Assembly (NCBI GenBank): GCA_051530055.1
Contig: CM121341.1
Span: forward strand, 15,354,784-15,418,783
Origin: Neoechinorhynchus agilis
Lineage: Eukaryota; Animalia; Acanthocephala
DNA length: 64,000 nucleotides
Direction of reading: 5' to 3'
Shown here: piece by piece, positions 12,514 through 24,154 of the stretch
How the letters are laid out: each line of letters opens with the position of its first letter
How positions within the stretch are numbered: position 1 is the stretch's first letter
Position numbers and translations under genes: made by a program
Notes under the pieces: generated by a model
What the model saw: the letters and a program-made list of their open reading frames with translations, nothing else
Database searches by the model: none
Told to the model about the DNA's origin: nothing

Positions 12514-13345
12514 ATGTTGAGAAATGTAGGACGACGATCGGCGCATTATACCCGATTGACTCAAAAACGACTTCAATCAGTCCGAGGCAGTATTGAACAA
12601 TTGCGCGATAACTGGCGATCCGAACGTGCTTATCTACTTCAGACAGTCCAAACAGACAGAGTACTAAAATCGATTGAGTATTTGCACACACTATGTGAAG
12701 AGCTACATAAAATGCGCATCGCACTTGACCTTCGGACGAGAAGATTGGAGAACATCGGTACCGGATTAGTGGACATAAGCCAAGGTATACGTGGTATTAT
12801 AACCGATCTTAAGACTATTGAACGAGGTGTTAGTTTAAGTTGGCTCAGATGCGGCTTTGGGAAAAAAGAAGTAATTCGTTATCAAAGACAGTTTCGTGTT
12901 GAGCCGGTCGATAACGAGCACTCAACGCCTGCTGATCGTGGAACTGCGTTTCAAAGCAAACAAGAAAATGAAATGAAGAATTTCACGGAACGCGAAATCG
13001 ATCTCGTTCAAAATGCCAACGAAGTTGATGTACTGCTTGATCGGATTCTCGGCATTTATGAAGCCATAAAGTGCGGGTCTCTTCCGTAAGCTCGTTTTTA
13101 GTCGGAAAAGATCCGCTTTAGAAGCACGAATGAATGAAACTATTTCTATGGTTATAAGATCCCTGCAGTTGGTAGAAAAAAACGAGAGACTGACTGAACG
13201 ACTGAACGAAGCGAGTCTTAGTCACCGAACGAGTACAACTGCGATCCGAAGACTTTTCTCGGGTCCTAATCCTATGCACTATGGTTTAAGAGGAACTATT
13301 GGCCGATTGTTTCGTCGAAACACTGCTCATTTCGATCAAAAATGA
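12514..13345 (+). CDS. Uncharacterised coiled-coil protein, probably 2 exons
   Basis: 191 aa ATG ORF plus a 71 aa ORF, joined in frame by a 25-nt GT-AG intron at 13086-13110 (GSLP|SALEARMNE). Confidence 0.45.
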
Positions 13346-15639
13346 ACGTTGTTTTAAAGGTTTGAAATAAACTACTTTAACCCTGTACTGCACTTGGAGA
13401 GTTATTAAACAAAAAACAACTATTTTTTACACTGTGCAAACAGGTACTAAACCGATCAGTAATGTAATCGACCGTATGCACGCATTTACGATCGATTGCG
13501 GATGACCACTTTTATCACATTCTCCCCCATTTATAATTTTCCTCCAGGTATCTTGGAGGTTTTCGTATTCGCGACGATCTCCGAGGTTGTTGAATAGCGG
13601 TTGGTGACTCTAGAGATAATTCGTCTGTTCCAGCATGCGTTTTGTCCTCAGTTTCTTCCTTTTCGTAATCTTGTGGGGCATTGTTGTTAGGTGATAAGTG
13701 GGATATCTCTCCGTCTTCCGACTCTTGGTCGTTGTTTGAATATGGGGCTAGCTCTTTAGTTGATATAATACTTTTGTGCCCGTCATCGAATTGGATTGTA
13801 GAATGCCCATGATTGGCGTTTAGAAGATCGACTTTCTCCATTCGGTCGTCATACTTGCTATTGCAAAACGGTTTTTATGCCATACTGGACCTGTTTTTCT
13901 GAGCCAAGTTCGAAGGAGATTCGTACATCGTGACTTTCGAGGGAAATTGGATAATCGTTCATGAAGAGTGGAATTCGTAGTAGTACACAGTAACGACCTC
14001 ATTGCATGAAGCGCCATTGGTAAAATGGTTTCCCGTTCTGTTAGGGGCAGAGATTTTGACGCTAGTAGCATTCTGACGTTTCGCCACAATATTCCGACAT
14101 ATCTCTCACACTGACCGTTACCACGCGGGTTATACGGGCTGGAATAGCTATTCGCGACTCCTAAGTCCGACAGGAAAGACGGAGCGAAAAGAGCTTCCAC
14201 TGTCGCTGTGAATGTATTCCGGAAGTCCAAATAAAATAAACACTTGCTGTAGATAAGTCTTAGCAATCCGGCTTAAGGTGTCTTTACATGGGAATGCTAG
14301 CGGAAACCGTGAGAACTCACCTACTAAAAGAAATATAAACCTGTTGTTTGTCGAACTCGGTACCGGTCCCTTGAAGTCAACCACTAAATGCTCAAAAGGT
14401 TTGGTAGCTTTTACTACGTGCAGATCTAGCGGTTTATAAAATCTAGGTTTGAATTCAGAGCAGATCGAGCATTCCTCGCAAGTACGTTTCACATCATTTA
14501 AGGAATATGGTAGGCTCATGGTTCTCACAAAGTGGGCCAGCCGCTGCACACCTGGATGAGCCAATTCATTGTGTATATAAATTAGATCTTTCTTATTAGT
14601 GGCACGACAATCTAATCTTGAAAAAGCATCTGCACTGACATTCAATCGACCTGGTCGGTATTTGATCTCGAATTTGTAGCAGGATAACTCTACACGTCAT
14701 CTTTCGATTTTGTCGTTCTTAATCTTATTGTTGTGATTGATATTGAACATAAAAGATACAGATCGTTGATCAATAATGATCAAAAACGCCCTTCCAGTTA
14801 GCCAGTGTCTCCATTTTCGTACACTCTCTACAATTGCCTGAGCTTCCTTCTAAATCGCAGGATGTTTTCTTTCTGCAGGTGAAAGAGTGCGTGAGAAAAA
14901 AGCTATAGGTTTTCCGTTTTGACTCAGGGTAGCAGCGATGGTAACGTCCGAAGCATCGGTTTCTAAGACTAATTGTCCAGTCGGATTCAGACAGCTCAGA
15001 GCAGCATTCCCGATTTCCTGCTTGATAGATTCAAAAGTTTCTAATGATTCTTGATTCAACGGGAATTCCGTGGTACGAATGATCGGGTTGATTTTGGTTG
15101 AAAAGTCAGATATCCAATTGGAATAGTACGAAAATATTCCCATGCAACGTTTCAAACTAGTCTTATCTGTTGGTAGTTTTAATGCCAAAATACTCTCTAT
15201 CATTTCAGGATCCGGTATTGTACTCTGGCAAGAAATTAGGTATCCCAGAATTGCTATCTGATTAGTCCTGAAAATGTATTTTTTATCATTGAATGTCAAA
15301 CCAAGATCTTCTGCGATTTTTTAAAATTGCTTAAATTTGCATCGTGCTCCTCAATTGTAGATCCACAAATTGTGATATTGTCCAAATATGCATAGGTATC
15401 TTTCAGCTTGTTTTTATCAATGATCGAATTCATTATTCTCTGAAAAACCGCTACGCCGTTAGTGATACCAAATGGAATCCGGGTAAATTCATAAAGACCA
15501 CCATTCGCTTCAAAAGCTGTAAAGATCCTATCCAGCCTGTTGATTGGTATTTGATGGTATGCATGTCGAAGATCGATGGCCGTAAAATATTTATATTGTG
15601 CTACTTCTCGGGCTAGATCGTCGATTTTTGGAAGAGGGT

Positions 15640-18600
15640 ATGCATCTATATAAATACGTTTTATTGATTAAGAAAAACGATCCATACACTTGCCAGCATC
15701 TATCTTTGCTGAAGTTGTCTGGATGTCGGATGTTGAGGCAGGGAGGTGGGATTTGTCTTTGGAGTTTTACAGGAGAATGACAGATTAGGAGTCTTTCCTT
15801 GTTATCCGGCTATTAAGGAAAGATTGGGCTTGAGGGAAAAAAGATTTTCGGTAGAGGGTGGTATGAGCGAGGGGGGGGTGAAAAAGGTTGGGGTTTCGGG
15901 TGTCTACTAGGGACGTGTATTTAGAAATGAGGGAAGAAAATTGTGGAGGAGGTTGAAGAAGACGGAGGGCGTTTTTGGAGAAAATGGAGTGGAGGTGGGC
16001 GTCGAGGGGAGGGAGTGAAGTCCCGCATATTCTCGCTGCTCTCTTGTGGAAGGTTTCGAGGTAATGGAGAGCATTGGCGGAAAGGGCGAAGAAAGTGGGG
16101 AAAGCGTATGTAAGGATAAGGAGGACGGCAGAGTGATAAAAGTGGGCAAGGTTTTTAGGGGAAACGTCGAGACGCCGGAGGAGTTTGAGGAGGTAAAGAC
16201 GCGGGTTTGTTTTAGAGAGTGTAAATGAAATGTGGGAATCCCATTTAAGGTTCTCTTGTAAAATCAGGCCAAGTATTCGAAGAGAAGAGGAGCGTTGGGT
16301 GGGGAGAGGGAGAGGCTCGGGGATAAGGTTGCGTTTGGAAATGTGGGGGACATGCTCAAAAGATTTGGATAAATTTAGGGAGAGGTTTAGGGTGGAGAGC
16401 GAGGAAATGAGATGGTTTAGCTCGTCCATGGTAGTGGAGAGAGAGACGGAGATGCGATGGTAATGATTGTGAGGTCATAGGCATAGAGAAAATATTTGGT
16501 AGGAGGAGTGAGGGGATGAAGGTCATTTAGAAAAATGTCAAAGCGGAGAGGGGAAAGTACGGCGCTTTGGTGGACCCCTCTAAATATGGGTAGAGAAGAG
16601 GAGCAAGAAGTTCCACATTGGATATATTGTTTGCGTTTGGAGAGAAAAGAGGAAATCCAAGCGAGTTGCCAAGTTGGGAGGCCAAAGGAAGCACATGCTT
16701 GGAGGAGAAGGGAGTGATCTACCGACTATAACGCCGTGGAAATATCCAGTTGCACGAGACGGACGATTGATTCTGGATTGGAATCTAAGCTGCGCAAAAG
16801 CGTATTGTAGATGCAGAGGAGGGCATCAGAACAAGAGTAATTGGGACGGAAAGCGAATTGGGAAGGGGAGATGTTTTTGAGGAAGAAGGAAAGTAGGAGG
16901 GTTTTAAAACATTTTTCTAAGATTTTAGAGAAAGGTGAGAGGATAGAGATGGGACGAAAGGATGTGGGGAAATCGGTTTATTGTTTTTGGGTAGGGACGA
17001 CACGGGCTTCCTTAAGACACGAGGGGAAAGAGCCCAATAGAACGCTAAGGTTCGCTACGTGCGTTAGAGGATCGATAAGTTCCGAGATGATGAAACGAAT
17101 GGCCCAATTTGGGATAGTCGACGTAGGGGAAGAATGGCGGGGTAGGCGTTTAAATGATCTCTAAGATTTCGGGAGGTGAAACTAAGGAAGGGCATGTATG
17201 AATGGGCGGGTCCGAAAGTGAGAAGGGAGGTTGGGACAATGGAGAGGAGGTTTGGGGAGGACAGAGGTTTTTATTCATGGTGTTGAGGATTGAGAGGAGA
17301 TCAGATTTGGGGAGAGATGCGAAGGGGTGGATCTACCAAGAACAGTGACATTTTTTATTTCACGCCACAGTTTCGATTGGGAGCGGACGAGAGATGAGAT
17401 GAGAAAAATAATTTGCGGGCTATACGGATGCGGTTTGTCAGTGTGGAGTGGAGGGAGGGGTAAGCGGGATTGCCTGATCGGAAAGCTTTGATGACCTGTA
17501 TTTGGAGGGTTTTTAGAAAAGGCGAGAACGATGAAGGGTCGCGGTTCGATATTCGTATTGTTTTGCGAGGAAAGGAGGCCTTCATCGCAGATTCTATTAG
17601 ATTTGACAAAGAGCCCATTGCAATCGAGGGGTAAGAGCCAAAGATGGTTGAGCGGTTTTGCGTGATAAGAGAATTGACACATACAGCAAAGGCGTGGGTA
17701 TGATGATCACGTTTATCCCAGACAACGTAGGGGTCGCAAAAAGAACGTTTTTGAGGTGATGAGGAGGAGAGAAGGATGGAACAATGGTCAGACGAGGCGA
17801 TCGGGGGGAGTTTGGTAGTGCACGAGTATTGCCTGATGTTTGAGAAAATTTTATCAAGGCGGGAGGAGAAGCGTTTGGGGAAAGTAACGAGTTGGGAAAG
17901 ATGAGAGAGCGAGGACGGGATCGGCAGTTTGTTAAAATCGCCCAATATGATGAAGTGATCCGAGGAAGTGGAAAGTAGGTTAGAAAATAGGTGGTCTATT
18001 TGTTGAAGTGTGTTGGGGATGTTTGAGGAAGGAGGGCGATAGAGGCCAGCGATAGAAATCTCACGTTGGCCATTGCGGAGGGGGAGATGAAGTTGGATGT
18101 GAGGCCATTCCAGATCGTCGGAGATGAAAAGGTAGGGTGAAGAGCAATGGTAAGGGAGAGAGGCGCGGATGAAGATCGATATGCCTCCCCCGTTTCGGAA
18201 GTCCTTTGTGAGGTGAAAAGCTTAAAAGTTTGGAAGGAAGGCAGATAATTTGCTATGGGGTGAGAGCCATGTTTCGGTAATTACAAGGATGTCGGCGTTG
18301 CAAGAAGAGGCCACCATATGGAGCTCATCCAGTTTGGGGAGGAGGCTGCGGATGTTAGAATAAAAGATTATTGGAAAGGGATGTTTAGAAGGGACATGAG
18401 GAATGGACACTGACGGCGAGGGTTGAAGCTGCGCAGAGAGAGGGGATGGGAGTTGACCGATGGGGTAGTTCGGGGGTAATGGATTCATGGGTGGACACTG
18501 TAGTGAGGGGTGATTTGAGTGTAGGGACCATAAGGGTGGGAACTGCGAGGATATTGGGAGTTGAAGAGGTGGTGGTAAGAGGTGAAGTAGTGTGCGCGTC

Positions 18601-19810
18601 CAAGGTATTTTTCGCTTCTGAGGAGCGAAGCGAAAATTTCCAGATTTGGTAGGGTGCGGATTAGTGGTTTTAGGCAGATGATAGATGAGTGGAGGCAGGG
18701 ATGAGAGGGGTTTAGGAGGAGTTAGTTTACGATGCGAGGGATGCTTAATGTAGTCGTTGAAGGATGGTAGGGTTGTGTGCTTTTTACTGGAAAATCGAGG
18801 TACAGGAGCAAAAGTGGAAGGTTTTGATGGGCTAACGTTGAAACGTAATCGTAGAAGGATGGGAGGGGTTTATGGTTTTTTCTAGCGGTACGGGGTGCTA
18901 GAGAGGAGGCGGAGGATTTAGATGAGGCCGAAGAGGAAGGGGGTTCGGTTTTAATGGCGGAGCAGAGTGAGACTCAGAGTGCAGGGACGAGGGAAAAGGG
19001 GTATGAGAGATGATAGGAACGGAATTAAGGAGGGGAGAAGGTTGTTGATGAAAATTCGAATTAGAGTGTGGAGAGGAGTCTTGGAAGGCGGAGACAACAA
19101 TGGGTGGGTGGAAAGGATTTAGAGAGTGAAGCGAGGGAGAAGAGGAGGTTTGGGGTGGGGAAACTGAAGATGTAAGGAGTTGGGTTTGGGGGTTTGGGAG
19201 TGGTTAGTATTGTGAAGGGGGGAAACCGGAGAACACGTTTTGAGCCAGGCGGCAGTACAGAAATCGCAAATGAATTTCCTGCCTGCTGCCCAAGTACTTG
19301 AGACAAATATTTGGGTTTTAACCTGACAATCGTCCATGTCACAGGGGACGAGTATGGTTGTTGGACGCTTTGGCCTCGGCATTGATCGCAAGTGTTTGTG
19401 ACGGACGAGAGAGAAAACGTTGTCGAGAGCGAGAACGTTGACGAGAGGGAGAACGTAGAGTTGACGAGAGAGAGAACGATTGAGTTGATGAGAGAGAGAA
19501 CGATTGAGTTGATGAGAGAGAGAACGTTGAACGATTGAGTTCACGAGAGAGAGAACGTTGACCTTGACGAAAGAACGTTGACCTTGATGGAGAGAACGTT
19601 GGCCTTGACGAGAGAACGTTGACATCTAATTCAGTGTATTTGTTGATTGTCGATGCACAATCAGTCACCATTCGAGGCTTACGCGCGTTACTTCGAACAA
19701 TCAATACCTGCGCCACTTCTTTAACAAAGACTTTATCGAGTTTGGTCAAGAACCCTGATTGAGATTCGCTAAAAGACGAGGAGTCATCCCTCCATCCATT
19801 GCCATGCATT
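15640..19810 (-). mobile_element. Near full-length LINE (family A): ORF1 plus APE-RT ORF2, frameshifted
   Basis: ORF1-like segment with a Cys-rich finger (CDMDDC...FICDFC); APE motifs YSNIRSL, VITETWL, GDFN, SDHC; RT GVQQ/YAYD region; 3' UTR shared with 57140-57290. Confidence 0.9.
19420..19625. repeat. Short tandem repeats within LINE ORF1
   Basis: GAGAGAGAACGATTGAGTTGAT repeated, plus GAGAACGTTGAC(C/G) units. Confidence 0.7.
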
Positions 19811-21599
19811 CAAGCGATCCATCTCCATCAAAAAATGAATTTTACTTCCTTGAACTTATTCATAAATGATCTTCCCAAAATTATATCGGTGCATAAATTT
19901 TTAAGCGCATACAGTTCGACATTTTCATAGATAATCCCTTTGTATTTAATGGTGCTCCGTTCCATATACCAAAAGCTAATCTTACCGGCATTTGTCTGTA
20001 TATCATTTTGAGATTAAGTTGCTTTACGAGCTGATCATCGATGAAGCTCTGAGAACTTCCAGTATCGAAAAGAACAGACAAATTGTCATTGTTATTTATT
20101 GTGATTGTTTGCGATGTTCGACGAGAATCATTTTCAATTGCTAGTAACGAGATTGTGGCTATCTTTGACATGGTCCTACATACTCTTAAGTAATGGCCAA
20201 TCTTCTGGCATTTGTTACATTTGGAATCTTTTGCAGGGCATATTGATCTGGGATGGCGTCTATTCCCACAGAAAAAACACGTTTGTTTGTTGTAATTGAC
20301 GGCTAGACATTCAGGAGCTTTGGTTTCATGGTTGTTAAGTGTTTCCGTAATTTCGTTTTGAATACGGTTGCAATGGTTGGTTTCATTTTTCCGATGTAAT
20401 TGTATTGATTGGTATTGAAATTGCGGCAATCGGCTTCATCTTGTTCCATAATATCGCTTCCTCTAAGGATATATTCGCTTTTTCGAGCAGCTTTTGTCTC
20501 ATTTTGTCGGAGCATAGCCCAGCAATTAATGACTCCCTTATTGCTTCCTCCTTTTGCCTCATCCGCGGTTATGTCCTTAAACTGGCAATTATTACCTAAT
20601 AATCTAAGTTCGGTCACGTTATTCCTTTATGGACTCTGATTCAGCCTGTCGTCGAGTTATTAGTCGATACCTAGCTGCAACGACATTTGTGATTCTGCAG
20701 TATGCTTTTTTTAAACAGTTTGTTGCCTCTTCATTTGTTTTGCATGATTTGATTTGAGCATACACCCTCGATCCAACGCAGTTTATCAATGAATCAATTT
20801 TCCTTTGTCATCAATTTCAAGATCTTCGATATAATTCTCAAAAGTCGTAAACCAGTGTTCGAATATTTCATGAGAGTTGCTATCGCTTGGTACTGTGGGT
20901 AGGTAATCTATCGGATTTCAATAGATTATCGGTGACTTTAAGCATGGTTGTCTCGAGCGTACCTGAGATGAATTTCTTTGCTTCTTGTTGTTCAACGTTT
21001 TTTTGTTTAATAAATTGTACTGCACTTGGAGAGTTTTATTAAACAAAAACAACGTTCGAATAATTAACGACAATTTAACTGTGCAAAAAGGTACTAAACC
21101 GATCGATAATGTAATCGACCGTATGCACGTATTTACGACCGATTACGGATGACCACTTTTATCACAAACCCCAAACTGCCTTCTATCCCCATCAACAAAA
21201 AGAATACACTTGTAAAATACTACTTGATTTTTCCAGCCGTATGATTGATTGATCAGGCTTTGTTTTTAAATGGACATTTGAGCCGACTGCGCATGGAGAT
21301 GTGAAGTGTGTGTTAAACTAACGAAATTGAAGTATGGAAAGTTCGTCCCGCCTCTTAAGAAATTCCGTGGCTTTGTCGAGCTGATGTTCAGAACTCCTCT
21401 TCGCCATCTTCTTCCAACCGCCCGTGATATAGATAGTACCTCGTCGTTAGATAGTTCCACGGGGTCCTTGGCCAAAAACCTAACTCACGTGGAGAGTTTT
21501 TCCCCGTCCCAATGGGACTCTGAGTGGTGTGTTGCCCATGGTATGGCCATTATTTTGCGTCTGGATTCAGTAAGTTACGCAGAACCTCTATCCTAACAC

Positions 21600-23330
21600 A
21601 ATTTACAATCACTGCACCACATCAGACACCACAGAATATTTCAAGCCTACACCTGAAACTTTTGTCAACCCGGCGAAACTCCCTTTAGTTTCGTCATACG
21701 AAGTACTACAGTATCTCAAGAAATTACCTCGAAACTCGTCCTCTCAATCTGAAATCCCAAACTGAGCTCTTCGCTACATCATCCACGAACTCATCGACCA
21801 TCTTTCCCATATTATAAACCACAGTTTTTATATGGCATCTATTTACCCCTCATGCCTAAAAACTGGTAAAGTTATCCTTCTTTCAAAAACGGACATCCTA
21901 TTTCGGCCGAATCATTCCGTCCAATGTCCATGTTCCCCGCTCTTTCAAAAATCATCGAAAAATGTAAAATCTCGCCTTCTTTCACTTCTTTACGAAATGT
22001 TATCGCCCCTACAATTAGGCTTGCAACCGATGCCCTACTTTGCATTTACGACATGCTTGTACGTAACCTCGACAATAATCCCTCCCACGTTACCCGTCTA
22101 ATTCAACTGGGCTTATCGAAAACATTCGACTCCGTGGACCATTCACTCCTTCTTCGGGCCTGCTCAGATTTTGGTCTCAAATGGTGGCAGATCCGCTGGC
22201 TTGAATCTTATCTGCACAATTGCAAACAATACATTCATTGACGTTGCACTTCCTATATCAGCATATCCCTCACCAAGGGCGTACCTCAAGGTAGTGTGAT
22301 GTCCCCACTTCGCTTCAATATTTTCCTAAACGACCTCAAGCCTCTCTCCTCTTATTCTAAACTTTTCTTATGCGCCGACGATCTCAACCTCATTACCTAT
22401 TCACTACCTCTCCCTCTCCTTAACATGTAACGAAATCATCCACATAAAAGATTTCTGCACCACTTACAAAACTCCACCTGAATTTCTCTAAATGCTTCGA
22501 AATGATCCCGTTGCTCTCCCGCAACCCCACATCATCCCCAGAGCTTCTAAATGACATCGTACGAGTAACCTCCCTAAGAATTCTAAGTATCCAATTTCAA
22601 TCAAACTTGAAATGGGACTCGCGCATCACTCTGTCCCTCAAACACAACACTTTTAAAAATTGTCGTCTCAAAGGCCTCTGACATTTAGGAATCCCTTCAC
22701 CGATCTCTACAAATTTTACTTCTGCTTTATTTTACCTTCCCTCACCTACGGTTATCTCGTATTTAGCAACATTTCCAAATCGCTAATCCGCCGTCTTGAA
22801 ATTCTTCACAAAATAGCATCTAAAATTTGCACAGTTGACTTTTCCCCTCGTACCGAATGCCTTGATGCTACTTTCACAAAACAATCAAAACGCCTCTCAA
22901 CCCTACCACCACAATTTCTTCCACATATCGCTCCCTTTTCACACGCGCACAACACTCGTAATCCTAATTCGTTTCACCCTCCTATACCTCGCACCTCACT
23001 ATATCTACGCTCCTTTTTCCATGCTGCCCAATCTTCTCTCGAATATCGGATCTTGAAATGTTTCTGAGGAGAGACCAACCTTACAAGTTCTCCTGCAAAT
23101 AATAAACTCCAATTCTCACCAGAATGGACCTTCCTACTCGATCGGATATTCTACAACGAACGGACACATCCTCACCCGAACGAACTGTCCACGACTGGGT
23201 AGTCCCACCCGAATAGACATCCCTCCGACCAGATATTCCCACCCGAACGGACATCCCTCGACTGCGTATTCCCATATTAACGGATACGCTTTTTTTGAGC
23301 ATCCAAAGATACATGGGCCCTATTCTGTAT
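21600..23330 (+). mobile_element. 5'-truncated degenerate LINE (family B) with 3' UTR
   Basis: RT motifs (SKTFDSVDH, KGVPQG, CADD) and C-terminal FHPPIPRTSLY; similar to 4488-5510. Confidence 0.85.
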
Positions 23331-24154
23331 TTTGTACCAATAAACGTGCTATTGTTATAAGCGATTCATAGCAAAATCGGATCCTCGCTTTGTTTTATAG
23401 TTTGATAAACTGAAAATATGAACATCTCAGTACAATATCAGTTACCTAACTTTAATTTGACGTTTGTTCGACTGCAAATCATTGACGATCAGGTACATCA
23501 CAGAAAAGAATAACAAATTTAACGCACAAATCATATGAGAGCCTGCCTCTCATATAACTTAGGCAATTTGAAAAGAAAATGGGTACTGACCACTTGATTC
23601 TTCCAGACAAAAAAGAGAGCCGTCTGACCATTCAACTCTTAATGACTAAACGCCAAGCCTGATTTGGTTGCGCTTTTAACCGTTAATATTCGCTAGTGGT
23701 TTGTAGGGATTCTACAGTTCGGGGCATGAAAAATGCCACTCAACAAAATTGGTTCAAAAGTGAGCTTATCAGTAAAGTGGAAATACCCACGCTAATGATT
23801 GCCGTTTTTAAAATCGCAACGTTCGCTTCTTCGAACTGTGCGACTTATTTGTTAGTATTTGGGTGTGACGTCATGGTCGCATGATTGGTTATTACCCCGT
23901 CCCTATAGAAGTTCGTTTTTTACTTGTGAAGTTTTTGGTTGTTTTAATCGACGCAATAGACATCATAACCATCAAAGTTGCTACGCTCTAATCTAATTCC
24001 TACAGGGCAAAATCTTCGCTTTTATCAGTAGACTGTAACCGTCACGCCTATTTCAGTATACGTTGACCATGTAATAATGATTTACTTTTTAGTTTTAACT
24101 AAGCACATTTAAAAGCCCAATTTTATCGCGTCATTTTTGAATATTCTTCCATAG

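Larger units (their letters stand above)
13349..21166 (-). mobile_element. Ty3/gypsy LTR retrotransposon, degenerate, interrupted by a LINE
   Basis: Related LTRs at about 13349-13519 and 20990-21166, both starting TGTGATAAAAG; polypurine tract GGGGGAGAA next to the 3' LTR. Gag zinc knuckles (CFFCGNRRHPRSIC, CNKCQKIGH), protease FDTGS, RNaseH LETDAS and integrase HPG/VDFKGP/HSDSG in gypsy order. No clear TSD. Confidence 0.9.
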
